64,000 nt of DNA, taken from contig CAZNTZ010000001.1 of the NCBI GenBank assembly GCA_964576135.1, positions 5,792 through 69,791 on the forward strand. The letters are read 5' to 3'. The position numbers and the translations under genes are program-made. Below, one piece after another: positions 20,006 through 30,255 of the stretch (position 1 is the first letter of the stretch; each line of letters opens with the position of its first letter). The notes beneath the pieces are model-generated. The model saw only the letters and a program-made list of their open reading frames with translations. It was not told the DNA's origin and did not search any database. This stretch comes from an uncultured Muribaculaceae bacterium (GTDB taxonomy: Bacteria; Pseudomonadota; Alphaproteobacteria; Rs-D84).

Positions 20006-20134
20006 CTTATTATTTCCCATATATTTAATTGACTGAATTATATCACAAAAATAAACCAAATAAAAATGAAATGCTTGGTAATAAACAGGTGTTTGATTCA
20101 AATAAAAAACCACCTTTCGGTGGTTTAATTTTTT

Positions 20135-20210
20135 TGGTGGAGCTGATCGGACTCGAACCGACGACCCCCTGCTTGCAAAGCAGGTGCTCTACCAACTGAG
20201 CTACAACCCC
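20135..20210 (-). tRNA. tRNA-Ala (anticodon UGC)
   Basis: Reverse complement GGGGTTGTAGCTCAGTTGGTAGAGCACCTGCTTTGCAAGCAGGGGGTCGTCGGTTCGAGTCCGATCAGCTCCACCA. G3:U70 Ala identity pair. Loop TTTGCAA. CCA encoded. Confidence 0.9.
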
Positions 20211-20220
20211 AAAAAAGAAC

Positions 20221-20296
20221 TGGTGGGAGCGAGGGGATTCGAACCCCTGACCCAATGATTAAAAGTCATTTGCTCTACCGACTGAGCTACGCTCCC
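20221..20296 (-). tRNA. tRNA-Lys (anticodon UUU)
   Basis: Reverse complement GGGAGCGTAGCTCAGTCGGTAGAGCAAATGACTTTTAATCATTGGGTCAGGGGTTCGAATCCCCTCGCTCCCACCA. Anticodon loop CTTTTAA. Confidence 0.9.
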
Positions 20297-20410
20297 GTAA
20301 AAGTTCAGCGCAGATTCTGGCATAATACGAAACAAAAAGCAAATAAAAAATGATTTTTTTCAGCAGAGTTTATTATTGTTTGTAAAAAAACTTTGTAAAT
20401 TACGAATAAT

Positions 20411-20441
20411 TATAAAAAAACCGGCATATTGCCGGTTTTCT
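20411..20441 (-). terminator. rho-independent terminator downstream of rlpA
   Basis: aaaaaaACCGGCATATTGCCGGTtttc. On the minus strand the hairpin is followed by a T-run. Same CCGGCATATTGCCGG stem as the terminators at 51900 and 63941. Confidence 0.65.
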
Positions 20442-20442
20442 T

Positions 20443-21327
20443 TTATATACTGTCTGCATTTACCCATTTGCCTGATTTTAACAAACCTGGCGACATACCT
20501 TCGCTTGAACGTAATCCTTCGATTGCTTTCTTAGCCGACGATGCATCCAAATTCAAAATACGAACTTTGTACATTCCACCTTCGTTTTCAACTTTGACAT
20601 CACCGTAAGAACCCAGTCTTTGTGCAAGGCTATCTGCATTTTCTTGTGAATAAAATGCTGCAACTTGAACTGTGTATGGTCCAGCCGCCGGAGCAACTTC
20701 TGTGGTTTCAACAACAGGTGCCGCTGTTACTTCTGTCGCTGCCGGAGCAACAGGCGTTGCTGTTGCGCCCAATGTAGCATTCTTTACCTGCAAGCTTTGA
20801 TCTTGGACAACCTGGACTTGAACTTTGGTGTTACCACTCATTCCTAATTTTTTTGCTGCTGCTGGTGAAACGTCCATTATTCTGGAATTTACAAACGGAC
20901 CACGATTGTTTACGCGAACCAACAGAGTGTTGCCATTATCCAAATTTGTAATTTTTGCTATTGTTGGTAAAGGTAATGTTTTGCTGGTTGCAACCATTTG
21001 ATTAACATCAAATGTTTCACCATTACTTGTCTGTGTGCCATTTAATTCCACAGGAATAATCCCTGCAACACCAGTCTGGTTATATGTCATATCTTCCATT
21101 GGAATATATTGAACATCTTCGACTTTATAAGCCATCCCAACCAAATACTTTGGCGCAGCGGCCAACATATATGAAGTATCTTCGGTTACAGACTGTGACG
21201 GGGTGCCTGAATCAAGAGATTCTTCCTCTAACATACCATAATTGCTGGCGGCGCTTTTATTGCCATTAGAACCTGCACAAGCAGCCAACAACAAAGGCAA
21301 AACAGCCAAAGCTAAAACTTTTTTCAT
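20443..21327 (-). CDS. rlpA: septal ring lytic transglycosylase RlpA-family lipoprotein (DPBB domain plus C-terminal SPOR domain)
   Basis: Lipobox LLLAACAG. DPBB region ...GIIPVELNGTQTSNGETFDVNQMVATSKTLPLPTIAKITNLDNGNTLLVRVNNRGPF. C-terminal SPOR-like YTVQVAAFYSQENADSLAQRL...YKVRIL. Confidence 0.75.
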   Translation of the reverse strand: MKKVLALAVLPLLLAACAGSNGNKSAASNYGMLEEESLDSGTPSQSVTEDTSYMLAAAPKYLVGMAYKVEDVQYIPMEDMTYNQTGVAGIIPVELNGTQTSNGETFDVNQMVATSKTLPLPTIAKITNLDNGNTLLVRVNNRGPFVNSRIMDVSPAAAKKLGMSGNTKVQVQVVQDQSLQVKNATLGATATPVAPAATEVTAAPVVETTEVAPAAGPYTVQVAAFYSQENADSLAQRLGSYGDVKVENEGGMYKVRILNLDASSAKKAIEGLRSSEGMSPGLLKSGKWVNADSI

Positions 21328-21411
21328 TGAAATCCTCCTTACATTATGATTTGTATTGTATCACAATAAAAAGCCTGTTTCAACTTTTATTTAAATTTTA
21401 TATTTTGAAAT

Positions 21412-22881
21412 TTATCTTTTTTTCCAAGCAAGACCAATGTACAAAATGCCAGCCAACCCCAGTGCACCGGCAAGTATGAATATATTCGTAATCATAGGTT
21501 GAATAAACCAAAGTCCAATTCCCATCAAAACTGACAGGACAAAAAATATTGCAACTGATTTTTTTGTTTTTGGTTGTAATTGGTACAATCCGTGCTTTTT
21601 ACATTCGCGTTGCAGCCACATATTTCTTAAATAACCTGCAACAACTGTGCCGATTGGAACTGCAAGATATCCAAAGAATTTAAATAATGAAATCATAACG
21701 ATTATACCTGTACCCAGCGCAAGCCCGCTTATTTTCACAGGTGCTTTGACATTTTGCGCAGCATACAAAGTTTTGGTAAATATTTGACTTGTGACCATTG
21801 CAGGCAAAGCAAGACATTGAATCATTATTGCTGCAACAATTCCTGTTGTCGCATCGTGTGTCCAATTTCCATATTCAAATAACAATCTTATTATTGGTTC
21901 GGCCAGGACAAATAATCCAACCATACATGGTAATGTCAACATCAACGAACTACGAATTGCAGAATTCTGTTGAACATAAACACTTCGCATATTCTTTGCT
22001 GTCAATGCATCTGAAATACTGGTCAGTAAAACAGTTCCAGCAGCCAACCCAATCATTCCAAATGGTAATTGAATCATTCTGTCTGAATAATAAAGCCATG
22101 ATACAGCACCACTTTGAAACGATGCAATCAACATTCCAACCAACACATTAACTTGGTAAAAACCGCTTGAAAGTAAACTTGCACCCATTCTGCGAAACAT
22201 TGTTCTTATTCTTGGGGTGAATTTTGGGCGAATAAATCTTAAACCAAATTTGTGTCTCTTTATTCTGGCCCATAAAATCCAAAACTGAAAAATACCAGAA
22301 ATAAGTACTGCGATTGACATAATATGAAGCGCGTACATATTTGCATCTGATGCTATAAATAATCCGCCAATCATAAATATATTCATCAAAACTGGCATAG
22401 CTGCTACAACGGCGAATTCAGAAAAAGCGTTTAATATGGCGGCCAGGAAACTTGCCCCACAGATAAATATGACATAGAAAAACATTATTCTGGCAAAATA
22501 TGTTGCCATATCTAACTTCGCAGCATCAAACCCAGGTGCGGTCCCAAGCATAATAAATGGCATAAGAATTTCAGCTATAATTGTGATGCCAAGTAATATG
22601 GCCATTAGCCATGAAAAAGCGTTGCTTGCGAATTGGGTTGCAGTTGGTTTATCTGATTTATGTTCTGAAAACATCGGAACGAATATTGATGCAAGTGCCC
22701 CCTCGCCCAGCAAGTCTCTCAACATATTTGGTAACTTGAACGCGGCCAAGAAAATATCGGACAAGCGACCCACACCCAGAACGCGACCAATCATCATATC
22801 ACGAACAAACCCTAATACTCTTGATATTGCGGTCCAAATGCCAACTTTAAAGATGTGTTTTGACAATGACATAATTTGCAT
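21412..22881 (-). CDS. murJ: lipid II flippase MurJ (MviN)
   Basis: 489 aa polytopic. N-terminus ...IWTAISRVLGFVRDMMIGRVLGVGRLSDIFLAAFKLPNMLR matches MurJ. Confidence 0.85.
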   Translation of the reverse strand: MQIMSLSKHIFKVGIWTAISRVLGFVRDMMIGRVLGVGRLSDIFLAAFKLPNMLRDLLGEGALASIFVPMFSEHKSDKPTATQFASNAFSWLMAILLGITIIAEILMPFIMLGTAPGFDAAKLDMATYFARIMFFYVIFICGASFLAAILNAFSEFAVVAAMPVLMNIFMIGGLFIASDANMYALHIMSIAVLISGIFQFWILWARIKRHKFGLRFIRPKFTPRIRTMFRRMGASLLSSGFYQVNVLVGMLIASFQSGAVSWLYYSDRMIQLPFGMIGLAAGTVLLTSISDALTAKNMRSVYVQQNSAIRSSLMLTLPCMVGLFVLAEPIIRLLFEYGNWTHDATTGIVAAIMIQCLALPAMVTSQIFTKTLYAAQNVKAPVKISGLALGTGIIVMISLFKFFGYLAVPIGTVVAGYLRNMWLQRECKKHGLYQLQPKTKKSVAIFFVLSVLMGIGLWFIQPMITNIFILAGALGLAGILYIGLAWKKR

Positions 22882-22916
22882 TATACTCTCTCATATAAAC
22901 ATATGGAAATCAAGAA

Positions 22917-23639
22917 ATGAAAAAAATAACCTTATTTTGCGCTTTGTTATCTGCTTTGGTACTTACTGGATGCGCTGGCGATAAAGTAAAACCAGATCAA
23001 ACTTTGCCAGAAATTTATGATTCAGCGTATAATAAAATTGATGATAAAAATTATGCCGAAGCAGCAAATGAATTTCAAAATGCTGAAAAATCTTTCCCAG
23101 CCAGTGAATGGGCACCAGACGCATTAACTATGGCTGCGTATGCTTCTTATATAGATAATGACTTTTCAGGGGCACTTGCAATCACAGACAGATTTATGCG
23201 TTTCCACCCAGGTCATAAAAACGCTCCTTATATTTTATATTTACGCGGAATGTGCTATTACAGACAAGTATCTGATGTTCGACGCGAACCAGGAATGTCT
23301 GTTTACGCATTGCAAGCATTCCAGACTTTGGTTCAACGCTTTCCAGATTCTGAATATGCAAAAAATTCAGAAAATAAAATTATGATTTTGAAAAACTATA
23401 TCGCTGGTAAGACACTTTATTCTGCACGTCGCGATATGCAAAAACAAAATTGGACATCAGCAATTGAAAGATTGCAATCAATTATTACCGATGCATCTGA
23501 CACACAAATGACGGCAGAGGCTTTGTATCGACTGACAGAGGCTTACACAGCAATCGGATTACCAGAACAATCCAAAGGCTATGCTTCAATGTTACGCAAA
23601 AATTTTCCAGAAAATGAATGGGCAAATAAATTAAAATGA
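22917..23639 (+). CDS. bamD: outer membrane protein assembly factor BamD (TPR lipoprotein)
   Basis: Lipobox LVLTGCAG. TPR-like repeats. ...RFPDSEYAKNSENKIMILKNYIAGKTLYSARRDMQKQNWTSAIERL typical of BamD/YfiO. Confidence 0.8.
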   Translation: MKKITLFCALLSALVLTGCAGDKVKPDQTLPEIYDSAYNKIDDKNYAEAANEFQNAEKSFPASEWAPDALTMAAYASYIDNDFSGALAITDRFMRFHPGHKNAPYILYLRGMCYYRQVSDVRREPGMSVYALQAFQTLVQRFPDSEYAKNSENKIMILKNYIAGKTLYSARRDMQKQNWTSAIERLQSIITDASDTQMTAEALYRLTEAYTAIGLPEQSKGYASMLRKNFPENEWANKLK

Positions 23640-24522
23640 ATAAAAAAACGCACAGCGGTTTCATCGCAATAATAGGCCCTACGAATGCTGGTAAATCCAC
23701 ATTGATGAACGCGATTATGGGTCGTAAAGTTTCAATCGTTTCACACAAGGTTCAAACAACTCGTACACGTATTCGCGCCGTAAAAATGGTTGGTGACTCT
23801 CAGTTGATTTTTGTTGATACACCGGGAATTTTTTTGCCAAAGCGTCGTTTGGATCGCGCAATGGTGTCGGCCGCTATGGAATCTGTGGCTGATGCGTCTG
23901 CAGTTTTAATTATGATTGACGCGACACACGGTGTTACAAAAACTGTCAGAGAATTACTACCAAAATTAAATGGAAATTTATTCGCGGTTATAAACAAAGT
24001 CGATACTATTAAGAAAGATGAACTATTGCCGATGATTTCAGAATTATCCGCACTCGCACAATTCAAAGAAATATTTATGATTTCTGCGCTTAAAAATGAT
24101 GGTGTCGAAAAAATGTTAAAAACACTGGCGCATGAAATGCCAGAATCACCTTATTTATTTGACCCTGTTGATGCACCAGATGTTCCTGATGAATTATGGT
24201 TGGCCGAAATAACGCGTGAGAAAGTTTATAAATACCTGCACAAAGAATTGCCATATCATATTTACGTCGCGACCGAACGTGTTGATACTGATTCGGAAGG
24301 AATTCTGGAAATTTATCAAAAAATAGTTGTCGCATCCGAAGGCCATAAAAAAATAGTAGTTGGTCATGGCGGGGCGCAATTAAAACAAATTGGAACAGAG
24401 GCCAGACAAGCCATACAGTACGAATGGGGCGTCAAAGCACGTCTGCATTTATTCGTTCGTGTTGAACCAGATTGGGAAGATCGCGCAGAAAACTATGCCG
24501 ACCAGGGTTTGGAATTTAAAAA

Positions 24523-24526
<4 letters not shown>
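23636..24526 (+). CDS. era: GTPase Era
   Basis: G1 GPTNAGKST, G3 DTPG, G4 NKVD, C-terminal KH domain. 4-nt overlap with bamD. Confidence 0.9.
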
Positions 24527-26642
<2,116 letters not shown>

Positions 26643-26669
26643 TAAACTTTTTTCAAAAGGAGATTAAAA

Positions 26670-27575
26670 ATGGCAAAAAGTAAAACACCGATAGAAGTAA
26701 TCGATCGCGGCGGAGCAAAAACCGTCGAACGCAAAAAATCATGGGTAGCACGTGTAAAATCTGTATTTTGGATTATCACCGTAATATGGTTGACATTTGT
26801 TGCAGCATTCCCATTGTATGTAAAAAACACTTATTCTGGACCAATTAAAAAATCAATTGTTGTATCAATGTTCTTTGATTTGCAAAGAAATATCCAAGAA
26901 CAATATGCACAATTGTTAAACGGAATTAAAAAATCTATCAATCTGGAAAAACCGGTCGCAATTGCAATTTCCAAAGTAAAAATGGCCGAGAAACCGGTTG
27001 CAACTGTTCAAAAAAGCGCGGATAAGGCACAAAAACTTTCCGGAATTGCGGCCAAGTTCGGTGTTAAAACTGGCGGCGCTGATAAAATTATAAACAAAGT
27101 TGATGATACTGCGAACGTTGTAAATAAAAAGTTAGACAGCGTTGAAAAAGAATTGGTTACGATTTCACAAACCGAAGTCGACAAGATGATTGACGAAGCA
27201 ATCAAAAATCAATTGGATAAAAGCAGTGGTGGATTAGGAACAACTTTGTTGACCAATTATGGTGTCAAACATGTTTATCCATGGCGCCCTTCGTCTTGGC
27301 CAACAGCGGTTAAAATTTATAACGATTTGGAAAAATCAAACCTTGGCGTAATCCAAATTATAACCAGCACAGTTGATTCATATTTTGGTTATGTTGCATG
27401 GGGATTGGTAATTGCAGCATGGGCAATTGGTTTATATATATGGATGATTTTGTTCAAAAAAATGAAAGCAATTATCGCACCATTTATCGTTTGCCCACGT
27501 TGTGGAAACGCTTTCGCAGACAAACGCACAGCGGTAAGTTTATTGAAAGTTTTCAAACCATGGACATGGTTGTAA
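26670..27575 (+). CDS. hypothetical membrane protein (N- and C-terminal TM segments, C-terminal CPRCG motif)
   Basis: 301 aa. TM at ~30-50 and ~250-275. K-rich, probably helical middle. ...IVCPRCGNAFADKR near C-terminus. Last gene of the bamD-era-queA-tgt same-strand run. Confidence 0.5.
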   Translation: MAKSKTPIEVIDRGGAKTVERKKSWVARVKSVFWIITVIWLTFVAAFPLYVKNTYSGPIKKSIVVSMFFDLQRNIQEQYAQLLNGIKKSINLEKPVAIAISKVKMAEKPVATVQKSADKAQKLSGIAAKFGVKTGGADKIINKVDDTANVVNKKLDSVEKELVTISQTEVDKMIDEAIKNQLDKSSGGLGTTLLTNYGVKHVYPWRPSSWPTAVKIYNDLEKSNLGVIQIITSTVDSYFGYVAWGLVIAAWAIGLYIWMILFKKMKAIIAPFIVCPRCGNAFADKRTAVSLLKVFKPWTWL

Positions 27576-27607
27576 AATAAAAAACGCCCGATTGGGCGTT
27601 TTTTTAT
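27576..27607. terminator. bidirectional rho-independent terminator
   Basis: aaaaaAACGCCCGattGGGCGTTtttttat. Between convergent genes. Confidence 0.7.
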
Positions 27608-27617
27608 ATTTGGTTTT

Positions 27618-30224
27618 TTATCTGGCCACAGATCTTTTTATACAGTTATGAATTTGATTAATCAGATTACGATTTGCATCAATGGATAAAGTATCCAATA
27701 TTTCTGATTCCTTGTAACCTGCATTAAACATCAGATTTACTATTCCTCCATTACCGTCTTCGTTAAATAACATATTGTTTCTGTTACCATCATGCCAACC
27801 TGCACGTAATAATTCAGAAACCCTTAATCTGCGATCACGTAAAATATTATCCGAAACTTCGTTTGTTTTATAAACAACTGTCATTGCTTTTCTGGATTTC
27901 ATTTTTGCAATTTCTTCAATTTCCAGATTATATTTTTCACGCCAATCAATATGATAAATAACATTTGTCATATGCAGCAATTTTTGTTCAATTTTTTTAT
28001 TTTCAATATTTCTGAATGCACCTGGGGTTCTGGTTTTTGCCGCAGGATGAGATAATTTTAAATCTATGGTACCTTTGTATATATATCTTAGTTGTTGTGA
28101 ATCAAAAGTTCTGGTGACCAGACCCAACTTTCTGCCGATATACTGAAACAGCCATCTGTACTCCCCAGGATTGTTTGGCGTATCACCAACAGTTATATTC
28201 ATATGCACAGATTTATTTCCTGAAAATACAACACGATTTACCATGCCCAGATATACTAATTTTTTAGCCAAAACTGTTTGTTCCGCAAGTGACATTGTAT
28301 CGCTTTCGAATACAATATTTTTCATCTGGAAATTGTCATTGCATAATGAAATCATTCCATTTGGTCTGAATATTGTCGGTTTTTCAACCAATGAATTTAT
28401 TGTTTGGAAAATACCGTCTTTATCAAGACGCCAATCATCGCGCGGTTTTCCATTTTTATCGTTATATTGAACAACCGAAACCGAATGTCCGAATTTAACA
28501 TCTGTTAATTTTGTTTCCGGGCATATTTGAAAATCCGCCATTGGAACATTATCAAGGTTTATAATTTCACTGCTTGCTTGGATCTGTTTAATCGGTTTAA
28601 TTTCATACTGAACTGTCTGTGCAAATTTATTATTTTGTTCTTTTTTATCTGGAACTTCTTTTAATTTAACTGGTGGACGTGGATAATTAAACAAACCAAT
28701 ATCAAAACCGTATATCACCATATTTTCTTGTTTGATTTCTTGTTCCAATTTACGTATTTCGGCCATAGTTTCATTTGTCGGATTTGCTTTGTGCTGTTCC
28801 ATAAGTACCGCTAATTTATCTTCGCGACCGCGTCTGTAATTTAAACATGCTTTTTCATCAGATCCAAATAAATCAACTGATATGAAAGAATCCAAAACAC
28901 CTGGGTCGGCGTGAATTTTCCGCCCAGTTTTTCTATCAACAGATTTTGGACCGCGACCAAATTCAATTATTTTTATTGCCTTATAATTATCGCAATGTGA
29001 TTTTTCACAAAACATTTGCACATTTGAAAAATCAAAATCTGTTCCACGCGTTTGTAATTTTAATTTGTCTAAACCAATTCTGATTGTTAAAAAATATTCC
29101 AGCGCCAACAATTCTAAATCATTAAAATTCATACATTCCGCGGGTCTGCTGCAATGACTTTTCATAGATTCAGGGGTGCTGATAGTATATTTATTTTCGT
29201 TACCACGACCGATATGTTCATGAACCCATGATTTTAATTTTTCTTGATTCTGTTGGTCATAAACTAGTTCACAAAATTCGTTCATATATTTTATTAAAAC
29301 AAACATAATATGTGGCGCAATAAAAGACCCTGGAACCTTGGGCGCGATTTTATTTCCACAAATCCATTTGTTTTCAAAAAATTTATAACCTATCTGACGC
29401 AAAGCTTGTTCATAAGCGCGTTGAAATCCAAAAACACTTTTATAATCATCATTATATATTTTCACATTTGCAAATAACGTATCAAATATAAATTTATCAC
29501 GAAATGCGTGTGCGTCACGATAATCAGCATTTCTGCCTTTTAAACCTTTGACTATGTTGTCCAATTTTGTTTTTACAGTTTCAAATTTACTTTTTAATTT
29601 ATCACCACGAATCCATGCCCAAGTAATATCAATCAATTCATCTATATCTGTTTTTGGAAAGGCAAAATAATATCGCGCAAAAGCAATCGCGACTTCAGAT
29701 TCAAAATTCTTTTTTGATTTGTCCGCATCAATTTTATTAGACACTGAAATATCATCACGGAAAGATTCAGATTTATGCAATAATTCTTTGGTTACCAAAT
29801 AAAGCGCATATCGTGACAAATAAATATAATCGTTCGGAAATAATTGACCTGGGACAGGTTCTTTCTTTAATTGAAAATGACCTTCGGGAATTTTATATTG
29901 ACGAATAATTTTTGTCAGTGCTGATTTGGTATCAAGCTTGTCTGAATTTGGAACAAGTGTTTGAACAACTGTATCAAATCGCCATGCATCTTGATGCTCG
30001 ATAGTCTTTTTGCATTTTTCTAATTTTTGAAAAATTGATTGAAATAAAGGTTTTAATAATTCTGGGTTGGCATATGCAAAAAATCTGTATGGTAAATCAA
30101 ATTCTATACTTTCAAATTCTGGCGCAGACGAAAGCTCTGGATTTCCGAAAACATCCAATCTTTGTTTTGTCAGTTTTTCAATTTTATCCGGCGTATTCTG
30201 CGACATGACGGATATTGTATACAA
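27618..30224 (-). CDS. large (868 aa) cytoplasmic orphan protein. C-terminal third carries weak AEP primase-polymerase-like motifs (IVFESD; VVFSGNKSVHMNI)
   Basis: Long uninterrupted ORF. No signal peptide or TM. No family recognised over the first ~600 aa. Residues ~640-700 resemble AEP motif I (hhhExD) and motif II (SGxxxxH, as in PriS/LigD-Pol SGxKGxH). Confidence 0.55.
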   Translation of the reverse strand: MYTISVMSQNTPDKIEKLTKQRLDVFGNPELSSAPEFESIEFDLPYRFFAYANPELLKPLFQSIFQKLEKCKKTIEHQDAWRFDTVVQTLVPNSDKLDTKSALTKIIRQYKIPEGHFQLKKEPVPGQLFPNDYIYLSRYALYLVTKELLHKSESFRDDISVSNKIDADKSKKNFESEVAIAFARYYFAFPKTDIDELIDITWAWIRGDKLKSKFETVKTKLDNIVKGLKGRNADYRDAHAFRDKFIFDTLFANVKIYNDDYKSVFGFQRAYEQALRQIGYKFFENKWICGNKIAPKVPGSFIAPHIMFVLIKYMNEFCELVYDQQNQEKLKSWVHEHIGRGNENKYTISTPESMKSHCSRPAECMNFNDLELLALEYFLTIRIGLDKLKLQTRGTDFDFSNVQMFCEKSHCDNYKAIKIIEFGRGPKSVDRKTGRKIHADPGVLDSFISVDLFGSDEKACLNYRRGREDKLAVLMEQHKANPTNETMAEIRKLEQEIKQENMVIYGFDIGLFNYPRPPVKLKEVPDKKEQNNKFAQTVQYEIKPIKQIQASSEIINLDNVPMADFQICPETKLTDVKFGHSVSVVQYNDKNGKPRDDWRLDKDGIFQTINSLVEKPTIFRPNGMISLCNDNFQMKNIVFESDTMSLAEQTVLAKKLVYLGMVNRVVFSGNKSVHMNITVGDTPNNPGEYRWLFQYIGRKLGLVTRTFDSQQLRYIYKGTIDLKLSHPAAKTRTPGAFRNIENKKIEQKLLHMTNVIYHIDWREKYNLEIEEIAKMKSRKAMTVVYKTNEVSDNILRDRRLRVSELLRAGWHDGNRNNMLFNEDGNGGIVNLMFNAGYKESEILDTLSIDANRNLINQIHNCIKRSVAR

Positions 30225-30255
30225 AATTGTTTAGTTGTCAACTATACTTTTAAGC

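Noticed and set aside
20043-20255. 70-aa minus-strand ORF overlapping tRNA-Ala and tRNA-Lys
   Set aside because: Lies entirely over two canonical tRNA genes. Artefact of ORF calling.
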